In this document: piece by piece, positions 1-11,135 of the stretch
How the letters are laid out: each line of letters begins with the position of its first letter
Position numbering within the stretch: position 1 is the first letter of the stretch
Assembly (NCBI GenBank): GCA_010909165.1
Contig: MU008158.1
Location: 2,133,478-2,197,477, forward strand
Reading direction: 5' to 3'
DNA from: Anthoceros angustus
Lineage: Eukaryota > Plantae > Anthocerotophyta
Length of the DNA: 64,000 nucleotides
Position numbers and translations under genes: made by a program
The notes under the pieces: generated by a model
What the model was told of the DNA's origin: nothing
Databases searched by the model: none
Seen by the model: only the letters and a program-made list of their open reading frames with translations

Positions 1-1537
1 ATGAATCTACCGGCCTAAAGGGACAGGTAGGTGTCCAGGAGAGCATGCAGCTGGCATTGCTCTGCTGAAGCACCAAGTTGGAGTGAGGCTGTGCTTACTT
101 GTTCCTCGTGGTTTGTTGTGGTGCAGTCATCCGTTCGGCGAGTTGATCTGGCGAGCGGTGAGGTGTGACATTTTGTTGAAGAATTATCTTCCTGCTACTT
201 AGGGCTCCATCTCCAAGGATGGGGGAGGGTTATGGACTTGACCTTGGAGATATTAGGTGCGGCAATCAAAGCGACTTGGGAATCAATATTTTGGAGAAGG
301 CTTAACTTTGTGGAATGACAGGTGCGGAATGACAGTTCCGTCCTCCTTTATTTATGCTTTTGCACATGGTGGGTTTTGAGTTGTTTCTTTATGTCTGGTC
401 TGCTGGTCATGTAGGCTACTTCAAGTGCTATGGTTGACAACCCAGGGTTTTATCTATAATCGGGAGAACCTTTCTCAGGTACTGCAATGGTGCTATGGCC
501 TTCCATGTTTGCTGTGTTCGTACTGTGTCAATGATCGTTTTTTTTCTTCCTGTGCCTTAATGGTCATACCGCGCAGGTTGGAACATTTACCCAGCCCATG
601 AGAGATGGTTGGGGCTTGACGGGAGATGCAACACAGTTGATTGGGAGCGACGGCACTTCCACACTGTACTTCATCAACCCGGACACCTTTGCAGGTATGA
701 ACATGCTGCAGTGGTGGGAGACCAAAATACTCCTCAACTGCTTATCTGACAATCTTTTTGCACCTTTCTAAGCAGAAATCAGGAATATCACGGTGACAGA
801 TGGAGGGAAGAAAGTGACGTTCCTTAATGAACTTGAGTACATAAGCGATGAAATCTGGGCAAATGTGTGGCAGGTTTGTTTTCTCAGTTATAACGATGCA
901 AGTAATTTTGCTGGCAGCAGAACTTTGAAACATGCATGACTAGCGCTGGAAGCTCGAGATGCTGGTTTCTCAATGTCTTAAACTTACTTCGTGCCGCCTG
1001 TGCAGAAGGAGTGCATTGTGAGAATTTGCCCAAAAGATGGTCGGGTCAAGGGCTGGATTCTACTAACTGGATTGAGGTAAGCTGCGCCTCAGTATTCCGC
1101 AGAATGCTGTTATACACGAATGGTCGGAACCTGACTACCTTTGTGCTGGAAATGGCAGAGACTCTATTTATAAAGGAGGATACGAGGTAAGTGTCACCTT
1201 TGAGTCTGCCTCTGTGCTGGTTGATGTCTAGAAGTTGCAGAGTTTTTATTGGTCTGTGACTGTAATGGCGGCAGGGAAGACCATTGGACGTCCTAAACGG
1301 CATTGCCTGGGATTCGAAACAGGAACGTCTGTTTGGTGAGTTTTATCTGCTTCCAATCGTAGCACTTGGGAAGCTATTGATAGTGCCTGCATTCTGATTC
1401 TGCACGTTGAATGAAATGCAGTTACTGGAAAGCTCTGGCCTAAGTTATTCCAGATCAAACTGCGCAGTCCTTCAGCAGGTTCCAACATTACGGTGGAGTC
1501 TGCGCGTGCCACTTGCATCATTTCTAACCAACGTTAG
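1..1537 (+). CDS. QCT: Plant-type glutaminyl-peptide cyclotransferase (glutaminyl cyclase), 3' part, multi-exon; 5' end lies outside the window
   Basis: Manually spliced exons give ESTGLKGQ / SSVRRVDL / FGEGLT / HPMRDGWGLTGDATQLIGSDGTSTLYFINP / LNELEYISDEIWANVWQ / LDVLNGIAWD..RLFVTGKLWPKLFQIKL, all typical of plant/bacterial QC. GT-AG introns; stop TAG at 1535-1537. Confidence 0.93.
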
Positions 1538-3521
1538 CACAGGCATAGTTGCACGCAAATAGAAGCTCCCTCTTTGGCCTTCTTAATTTGTACAGCTTGG
1601 AAGTTGGGACTGTGCACCTGACTGCTGGAATCTTGCCTCTGGGTCTCTCCTGTCTTTATGTATGGATCCAGCTGTTAAATATGTACGATGGCTGTTGTTT
1701 CGCGTCAGTATTTAACAAAGCAGCAATTTTTGGTCTGGCTTACCGTTTTAGGGATATATATTCAGCTTTTTGTGAGGGATAGAGATACGTATGGGATAAG
1801 GGTATGTATATATGCAGCTTTTGTGAGGTTTCCTTGCTTGTACGAGCCAGCATTTACGTAGGTAGGAGGATGGGGATTCTAGTATCCATGGGTTGGCCAC
1901 GATCAGACGCCAGAGGTCATCGATCCGTAAGCACGCAACACGAAAGAAGTTCGAAGAGCGTGGAGGCTGCCTGAGGCCGGCATTCAACTCAACAAGCACG
2001 GCCTGTCTACTTAAAGGGTGGGTTCCAGATGGGCCCTAGCCTTGGGCCTTGTCGTGCTTGTTTGCAGCAGTGGGCCTAACTGGAGGAGCCTCACGAAATT
2101 ATGCAAAGGAATCGAGGCAGCGTCGAAGCTTGGCCCGGATCCGCTGTAGGGGTTACCATCAGCGCGACCTTCTCCTGCCGAAATTACCCTGATTCTTCCT
2201 GTGCATCGGAAACCTGTAGGACAGTACGCGAGAGTTCTATGATCATCATGTTGTTTGCATCTGAGCTTGCACATACGGTTACCCGGTGTAGATGAGAAGA
2301 GCTTTCAAGCGCATCCATCCCATCCCTTTAAACGGGATTTGGCGGGTGATTTATCGCGCCCGTGTTTCTGCTGGCTCTAGTATAAGCTTGTGTGAGATAC
2401 TTGGTGGACAGGTCTTTAAAGGACATGGTGCAGGCTACAGCTAAATATCGGTTCGTTAGGTGAACCCACATGCCATGCTCATCGCACGGCCTTCCTCTCC
2501 CCTCGTCTCCTCTCTCTTCGCGGTGCGAACCCGCGACTGGGAACCGGGACGACGGGAAACTAATTCAAGTTCCCGGCGACACGGTGCCGCGGAGGGCTTG
2601 GGATCGGGCGTGGAGAATCGTGCTTGCCGGGCACGCGCTGGGGTAAGGGTTGAGGTCAGGTTGCGGTGGCATACGGCGGGGCAAGGATCGGAATAGAGTC
2701 TTTCCGTGCCTGGATCCTTCCTTTGTTGTAGACTCTTCGTAAGCCGCTTTTTTGGCTGGGATTTGCCTCCAGCAAGTTTCACCATCACATCTTGGCTCTT
2801 GGCCACCCTACCTCTCTGCCTGTGGCAAAATAGCTCTAGAGTGGAATCCCCCATGCTCGCTCGTGTGCTTTGAAAACGAAGGTTGGATCCTCCTGATCAT
2901 AGTCCTCTCTGTCTTGTAATCTTACCACTCGCCAGTTTCAAAATACTTCCGAATCTCAAAATATTTCCGATTCCAGGCCCCCCGCGGCGAACCGATGTTT
3001 AGAAAGACGCGGGAGTGTACATTTCGATGTGTCTTCCAAGGTGTTGCGGACCGCTACAGACCTTATTGCCGTTCTCGTTAAATGCCAAAGGTCAATGATA
3101 ATATTAGCACTTCAGCAAGGTTGGCAAGCCCAAGCATGTACCATCACATCACGAGATGCAGCGAAAGGAAATTGGAGAGCTTTAGCGACACAAGACAAAA
3201 CAGAACTTGTAATCCGCCATGACAAAATTGTACAAGAATAAAGATTACGGCCAAGTAGACTTGGTCCCCGCACAACAAAATTGCATCCTGCGCTGAAGGA
3301 TGATGCTAACTTCCTAGCAAGTAAGCATCCGCACGCACTGTTATCAGTCTGTCTATAGTACCTACATACAGTGTCACATTATGAACAAATGTGCGCTTGC
3401 CCGCCTGCGCAAGGCTGCCGCTAGGTTGTTAGTAGTAAGTAATAAGTAACGTGTAGTGGACAGTGGACACCCTCCCGACAAGGTTGCCAAGTGGCAGGCA
3501 ACCAACGACTGTAACACCAGC

Positions 3522-6147
3522 TCACCCGGTGGTGAAGACACAAGTCCCAGTACCTGAGGAGCAGAAGCAGGAGCAGCACAGCACCAGAACCGGCCATCAG
3601 CAAAGCAGAAGGGAGGCATGACAACCATGAAAGCAACCAAATGACATCGAAGGAAGAAGCAGCAGCACACTTACTGGGATTGGTGATGGTGATGACCGCA
3701 TTCCCGTTGAAGAAGCAGTTCCAAGTGTTCCGCCCGTTCACCTGGTAGTACTGGTTCATGGCGAAGCTGGCGTGCGAGGCCAGCAGATCGGGCAGGAAGC
3801 AGGAGCCGCCTTGCTGGATCGGGGAGCAGTCCACCCCGGGCTCCCCGCACGCGTAGCTGAGCGCATTCACCAGGTCGCCCGCAGCCGCCCCGGGCTTGGC
3901 CACGCACCAGGTGGAGCCTGGGCCGGGGGAGGGCCCGGTGGGCGGATTTACCACCGGGGGTGGGTACACCGGGGCCACTGGCGCCGGGGGCGGGCTGTAG
4001 ACCACTGGAGGCGGGCTGTAGACAACGGGAGCGGGAGGAGGATTGTAGACAACAGGAGGAGCTGGAGGCGGATTGTAGACCACGGAGGGGCGGGGAGGCG
4101 GGGCTCAATACTTCGGGAGGAGGGGAGTGTAGACAGCAGGGGCAGGAGGAGGGGAGCGTAGACAGGGGAAGGAGGAGGAGGAGGGTAGGAGGCCTGGGAG
4201 CTGGGGCCTGGGCAGGGGATGCAGGAGCAGCACAGCACCAGAACCGGCCATCAGCAAAGCAGAAGGGAGGCATGACAACCATGAAAGCAACCAAATGACA
4301 TCGAAGGAAGAAGCAGCAGCACACTTACTGGGATTGGTGATGGTGATGACCGCATTCCCGTTGAAGAAGCAGTTCCAAGTGTTCCGCCCGTTCACCTGGT
4401 AGTACTGGTTCATGGCGAAGCTGGCGTGCGAGGCCAGCAGATCGGGCAGGAAGCAGGAGCCGCCTTGCTGGATCGGGGAGCAGTCCACCCGGGCTCCCGC
4501 ACGCGTAGCTGAGCGCATTCACCAGGTCGCCCGCAGCCGCCCCGGGCTTGGCCACGCACCAGGTGGAGCCTGGGCCGGGGAGGCCCGGTGGGCGGATTTA
4601 CCACCGGGGTGGGTACACTGGGCCACTGGCGCCGGGGGCGGGCTGTAGACCACTGGAGGCGGGCTGTAGACAGGAGCGGGAGGAGGATTGTAGACAACAG
4701 GAGGAGCTGGAGGCGGATTGTAGACCACGGAGGGGCGGGGAGGCGGCTCAATACTTGGGAGGAGGGGAGTGTAGACAGGGGCAGGAGGAGGAGCGTAGAC
4801 AGGGGAAGGAGGAGGAGGAGGGTAGGAGGCCTCGGGAGCTGGGGCCTCCGGGGCAGGGGCCTGGGCAGGGGCCTGGGCAGGGGATGCGGGAGCAGGGGAG
4901 GGGTACGATTCCTGCAGGAAGGGGCGGCCTGGGGCCGCGGGGATGGGGATGTCCGGGCCCAAGATGCCGGAATCGTAGACCGGGGTGGAGTCGGGGTAGA
5001 AGAGGCCGAAGTGGCGCTCGGAGCCGGGGCCGGGCTTGAGGTTCTCGTTGAAGAGGCTGAAGAGGTAGACGTCGAGGCCGGCGTCGGGGCGGGCGGGGGT
5101 GGAGACGTTGCTCTGCAGCCGCTTCACCAGGTTGTAGACGTAGGACTGCGCGTTCACCACATTGACGCCAACCTCGTCGGCGTCTCCCGCCCAGGGCCAG
5201 CCGGACTCGGACACCACCACGGCCAGGTTCACGATGCCGATGTTGGCCAGGGCGTAGTACACGGCGTCCACCTGCGCCGAGAAGAGGTTGGAGTAGTGGA
5301 TGCCGGTGCGGTTGTCCGTCTCGCCGTCGTTAGGTCCCTGCCCCAGGGCGTAGAGTCGGTCCTGCTCCGTGCGCTGCCCGTCGCGGTACGCGAAGTAGGG
5401 GTACGCGTTCACCATGAAGCTGGAGCCGGTGTGCACCAGGAAGGTGGCCAGGGGCGCCAGGAGCCGGGCCAGGTAGGGCTTGAAGACGGTGACGGAAGGC
5501 GGGAAGGACGGCGCCAGGATCTCCAGTGAGTGCGGGGTGGAGACCTTCACGGAGTAGTCCAGCTTCAGGTTCACCAGCGCCGTGTGGATGTTGGCCATGG
5601 CGGGGAGGAGGAGAGTGCGCATGCTGTCCGTGGTGTCGTTGCTCGTCAGCACCTCGTTCCCTACCGCGATGATGCGGATGTCCGTGGCCGGCATGAAGGC
5701 CTGGACGTGCCGCTCCACCCACTCCTGCGCGAAGCCGTGCACTCCCCGGGAGAGGCACTCGATCAGGTCGTTCGGCACTCCCACCACCACCTGGATCCCG
5801 CTGTTGGCGAACGCCTTGAGCACCGTCGGGTCCGTGTCGTAGATCTTCACCTTGCGCACCGTGGTCTTGAGGATGAGCGCCACCGCCTCCTCGGGGGTCG
5901 GCAGGTTGTTAGCCACCGTGCCGTAGTTGATGCCGAGGCTGCTTCCCGCCTCTGCACATGTGCAACAATTCCGTCACTTGTCCATCCCACAATGCAGCAC
6001 TGCGGCAGCGGCAACAACAACGAAATGCACGCGGCGTCTCTCACTCGAGAGTGTTGGACAGTTGCAATTACCTGCCAAGGAGATGACATTGGCGAGGCAC
6101 AAGCTGAGCAAGAGCAACAACGCCAAACTGCTTCCCCGAGCCTCCAT
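3522..6147 (-). CDS. Glucan endo-1,3-beta-glucosidase (GH17): signal peptide, GH17 domain, Pro/Tyr-rich extensin-like linker, X8 (CBM43) domain; 3' part duplicated and frameshifted in this sequence
   Basis: Exon 1 MEARGSSLALLLLLSLCLANVISLA (ATG at 6147). Exon 2 has LGINYGTVANNLP, AVGNEV and VSESGWP (both catalytic Glu) and FNENLKPGPGSERHFGLF. X8 motif WCVAK..ALSYACG..VDCSPIQQGGSCF.P..HASFAMNQYYQ. Last exon STGTCVFTTG* ends at 3522. Confidence 0.92.
3567..4885. repeat. ~654-bp tandem duplication of the linker, X8 exon and part of the last intron of the glucanase
   Basis: 3571 gagcagcacagcaccagaac... recurs at 4225. The copies differ mainly by 1-nt indels in G/C runs. Confidence 0.9.
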
Positions 6148-6470
6148 CCTGCCTCAGTGGCTCACAGCGTCCGTTCCAGCACAGTCTGCAATTACAGACG
6201 TCGTCAATGCACACAGCTCCGTCAGCGATGAGCAGGAAGCAAAAACTGTCACACATTTCCCGCAATGAGCCAGCGGGAGCGGCTGCAGCTGGCGCACTAA
6301 CCTGGAAGCAATTCCGTGGGCGGATGCAATTGCAAGCGAGATTCAGGTCAGGCCTGGATGATTTGAGGCAGGGCAAGGGTTCCCATGGTGAGCTCAATTC
6401 AGCGAGGAGAGGAAGCCACGTGCTGGCGTGAGGAGAAGGGAGGATGCCAGGAGAGGGAGTAGAAGTGAAG

Positions 6471-6564
6471 GGCAAGGAAAGGAAAGGAAAGGGAAGGGAA
6501 GGGAAGGGAAGGGAAGGGAAGGAAAGGAGTGAGGAATGTGGCGGGGGCGGGCGGGGCTTATAAG
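6471..6564 (-). promoter_or_regulatory. Putative core promoter of the glucanase: TATA-like box followed by a (CTTCC)n Y-patch in the 5' leader
   Basis: cttataag at 6557-6564 and a (GGAAG)n run at ~6471-6525. An apparent 5'-UTR intron (~6190-6301) precedes the ATG. Confidence 0.5.
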
Positions 6565-7629
6565 GCCAGACCGAGGGTGAAACAACGGTCACTGGTTTGG
6601 CAGGAAAGGCAACGGTCACTACCACCTTGCCCGCCTTCCCACACGCCAGTTACCGGGGCCTTGGCTGCATCCATTATGAGCGCGCAAATCTAACGGAGCA
6701 AAGCGCCGTCCCAGTCGCTAGCCGTTAACCCCGGTCAGGTTAAACTTCAGGCTTAAAATATTTTATGCTAGCAGCCTCGCACCGCTGATCGGCGTGTCAG
6801 ACCGGATACAGCCTCCGTGATGGACTGGCGGCCCAGCTGGAGTCCTGGACCAGCAGGGCCAGGCACCTGTTGGTGTCCAGTCCCAGCACTCCGGACTCTC
6901 GGACCGTGACCCAACCGGATACATACCATTTTACGTACATACATGAATACAATTAGTGTACATACATAGGTATCGTCGGCCCACGGTCACTGAGCAGCGC
7001 AGGTCGAAGTGGCGGCAGCTTGTCTGCCTCAAGACATGGATATTCTCATAAATCCAACCGGGACAGTCACAGTGACACCAGAAAGGCTTTGCGGCCAGAG
7101 ACTGGCTGCTTGCTGTTCTGCTCTGCTCTGCCTGCTGGCTCTTGTGGGCAGTGTAGTGTGCGCTGTGCAGAGTGCACGGACCCGCACTTCCATGCTGCTT
7201 CTTTTATCCGACGTGGTTCTCTGCATGGGAAAGGTACCGCCCACACTTCCTCTACAAAACTAGACACTCAAGCTTCTTCCATAGGCGCGTCTTTCCCACA
7301 CCTACACTCCCATCATTTATCGCTCATTCATGCTCTACTGCATTATCTGAGATATGGCGTCTCTTCTCCGCTATTTTTGTACCTAACGGTTACTATAGCA
7401 CGAAGTTATCAAAGGTACTAATGTTTACTGTTACTATTGAGTACATACATGTTTGCTTGTTTCCCACTCTAAGTTGTCCTCTATGCCATCCACCCACTTT
7501 CTCCATGGTAGTAGTTGAGCCTGTTCCCACTCCACTCGAAAGTGTCTCTTGTCAGGGATTGCTATCTACTCACTTCCGTCTTCCGAAGTGTCTCTTGTCA
7601 GGGATTGCTATCTACTCACTTCCGTCTTC

Positions 7630-9100
7630 CGTCATGGCGGTCGATATATAGCTGTAGGGGAATCTTTGATTATCCGAGGTTGCCATTTTACGCACCCACT
7701 TCTCTCATGGCACTAAATATGTAGTCAAAGGGATTCCTCGATTGTCCCCGCGATTGCTATGATTTACTACCCACTTTTCTCGTGACAATACATACATACA
7801 TATGTACATAGGTAGGCATAGGGAATTCTTGATTGTCTTGATTCTTGTTGCTATTTCTACCCACTACCCTCATGGGAGTAGATAGTCCTAGGGAATCCTC
7901 AAGTGTCCGAGATTGCTTTTACTACCCACTCCCCTCATAGCAGTAGATACTCGCAGGGAATCCTAGATTGCCCACGATTACTATTACAATATGTACTACT
8001 TGCTTCCCTCATGGCAGTAGATAGATGTAGCGAATTTCGAATCTTGGACTTTCCGAGATAACTATTACTACCCACTTTCCTTATAGTGGAAACTATTACT
8101 ACCCACTTTCCTTATAGTGGAAAATAGTTGCACTAGGGAATCTAGAATGTCCGACTACTATTACTATGCACTTCTACTACCCACTTCAATCTGCACTTTC
8201 CTTATGGCGGTAGATAGTCCTAGGGAATCCTCTATTGTCGCTGGCTCGCTTGCTTGTCGTGTACTTCTACATTGTCCGGGATTATTCTCACTACCCACTT
8301 CACTTGTCTTATGGCGGTAGATAGTCCTAGGGAATCTTCTATTGTCGCTCGCTCACTTGCTTGCTCTGGTACTTTTACATTGTCCAGGATTATTGTCATT
8401 ACCCACTTCACTTCCCTTGTGGCGGTAGATAGTCCTAGGGAATCCTCTATTGTTGTTGGTTCACTTGCTTGCTCGGGTACTTTTACCTTGTCCGAGATTA
8501 CTGGCACTAGTCACTTCACCTCCCTTATGGTCGGGTACTTTTACCTTGTCCGGGATTATTGGTAGTAGCCACTTGGCTTCCCTTATGGTCGGGTACTTTT
8601 ACCTTGTCCGAGATTACTGGCACTAGCCACTTCACTTCCCTTATGGTTGGGTACTTTTACCTTGTCCAAGATTACTGGCACTAGCCACTTCACTTTCCTT
8701 ATGGCGGTAGATAGTCCTAGGGAATCATCTATTGTTGTTGGCTCACCTTGCTCGGGTACTTTTACATTGTCTAGGATTACTGGCACTACCCACTTCACTT
8801 CCCTCATGGCAGTAGATAGTCCTAGGGAATCCTACGTTGTCGCTGGCTCACCTACTTGCTTGGGTACTTCTACATTGTCCGGGATTACTGGCACTAGCCT
8901 CTTCACTTCCCTTATGGCGGTAGATAGTCCTAGGGAATCCTCTATTGTTGCTGGCCCACCTACTTGCTCGGAAACTTCTAGTTTGTCTGAGATTAATACG
9001 GTCACTAGTCATTGTCCAAGATTACTGTCACTGCCCACTTTGCTCGTGGCAGTAGATAGCCCTAGGAAATCCTCGATTGTTGGTCACCTGCTTGCTTAGG
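7630..9100. repeat. Degenerate minisatellite array with ~60-bp and 108-bp units sharing the core ATGGCRGTAGATAGTCCTAGGGAATCC
   Basis: The core recurs at ~7872, 8204, 8311, 8420, 8701, 8806, 8914 and 9047. Spacing is ~108 bp in the right half, with ~60-bp truncated units at 8525-8700. Confidence 0.9.
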
Positions 9101-11135
9101 TACTCCTCGTCCCTCCTTGTGGTGGTGGTGCTCAGTTGCCAGAAGAAGTTTACGTTGAGTTTACGTTGAGCAACGTCATAATTGTCCTTCAATGTCGAGA
9201 ACATGGCGGTAGCTGACGGCATCGGTGTAGTTTTTGTCGTCATCTTCATGTTGTCCAAATACGATCTTCAACTGCACGCTGTTCTAGATAAGGTCCCCAT
9301 AGCATTGTACACTTGATGCTAAAGTCATTGCACACAAAAAAAATATTTCCTTGTTGATAGTCCTTTCATACACACACATCTTTCCTAATTTAGAACCTAG
9401 TTACCAAAAAACCTTCCCTTGTTGATACTCGTTTCACACACACACACACGAATAGGACTTAGGTCACCAAAAACTTTTTCTTGCCAATAGTAGTTTCACA
9501 CTCGTGTCGTTTCTAATTTAGAACCTAGATTATATGACAAAAATATATTGAACACACTTGCCCACAAGAAGCTATTACCTATCACATAAGATGAATTGAA
9601 TCACAATATTAGTCCTTAGTTTGATTATTAGCTGAATAGTCAATAATAATAATGAATACGATCATATAGTTTTTTCATGCTTAAACTAATACAGATAGTT
9701 TTTGTTCCAACACATATAATTTTTCCATTTCACTCCTATGACAATCATGCGTGATCCTCGTTGGACTAAAAATAATTCTTTTTCTTCTCTATCATGTCAT
9801 GCCATGGTCATCTGGAAAAGTCAGCATGACTGCTCATACATGTATGAGCAATGTTTTGTGAATAGCAGTTTTATAATAATAAAAACTTCAAATAATAGTA
9901 GAATAAATCTTTTAAATCATAATATGTGAAATAACTTGAAAGTTGTTCACGTGCTATGAGACAAGAAAGAGGCAATCCATGTAAACATAGAAAACAAAGT
10001 TTGGCCTCTTTCACTTTCATGGCTTTGCTCCTTGGATGGGGTTAGCCATATCTTCTTCCCTTTGTAGCCTACACTTGCGCGGGAGCTATGATAAGTGTTT
10101 GTATCCAGCGGGGAATGTCAATATTTATTTATTAGTGTGCTAGGCAAGCTTGGCCTTAGTGTGCTAGGCAAGCTTGGCCTCGTGCACCTATATGCATATG
10201 TACAGGAGAACTCAAAGTGGGCCGACCAAGGTAACTTGTGTCCTAAAGAATGTCTTGGTTTGACCATGTGTCTTTGTTTGCAGCACATGCTCGAAGAAGG
10301 AAGGGTCGAGGAAGTCTCCTTGTAGGCGCAAATGTTAGAGGACAAGTCCAATCCAATCGTCTGCATGTCTGTACCGGACATGCATATGACACCCACGACG
10401 TGTGCTAGGCTCAATGGCTATGCTCAGCGCAATGATGTGAAAATTGCAATCTAGAGCATCCATCCAGAAGACGCAGCTTGTTATGCATGATGACGGCATC
10501 TTTTCTTGTCTTATTGTAGCATACGCTTGGAGAAGAAGGGCCGGAGCCTGATGACTGGCATTATCCCTCGCAGTGAGGCATCCCCGTCCAGCCGTATGGG
10601 TGAGGCAGAAACTTGTTGCAGAACCAAGACGTGTGCGAAAGTGGGAGCGATGTTGAGGGGGATAAGGGCAAGCCTTGCAGACAATCATGGCGGCAAGGAA
10701 TATGGTTCCCAACATGACCCGTAGTTTCCTCCTTGTTTTCAGCGTGGCAGGAACTCTGACCTTGTTGGGCTCACAGTCGGTGCTTACTACAGTCCCGTTG
10801 TGTGCATCATTTTGGGTTCAGTCCATGGCACGATCTCCCAGTGGAGTTCTATATGTTAGGGCGACCTTCTGCAGCGGCAACAAACTCGAGGACCTGCAAA
10901 CAGTCCTTGCATCTGTATGTTTGTTTTGCTCCCACGTGCCCGAGGAGCTGGCGTCGAACAGAGAGCATGTTGCCTTGGTCACATTCGAATTTGGCACCCT
11001 CGTTAGCAGCTCCCTAGCAACTTTTCCAGGCAGAAACCTGCACCCGGAAGATTCTTCAAGCAAACTCACCTGATGCTCCAGGTGAGCCTCATGGGCTCGT
11101 GATCTTCAACATGGTAGTCTCAACACGGCGCGATA

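Noticed and set aside
3772-6231. Long plus-strand ORFs (e.g. 4588..5529, 5530..6231)
   Set aside because: They are antisense shadows of the GC3-rich glucanase coding sequence.
6790-6930. Possible MITE or hairpin upstream of the glucanase
   Set aside because: Only imperfect short inverted matches and a 10-bp direct repeat; no convincing TIR/TSD pair.
7630-9100. CRISPR-like array
   Set aside because: The sequences between the conserved cores are homologous to each other, not unique spacers. There are no cas genes and the context is eukaryotic.
9028-9258. Possible MYBBP1A/Pol5 N-terminal fragment (LNVNFFWQLS)
   Set aside because: The resemblance covers only a few residues, and the ORF runs into the minisatellite.
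10095-11073. Short ORFs downstream of the PPR gene
   Set aside because: No recognisable domain or consistent exon chain; probably 3' UTR or intergenic DNA.
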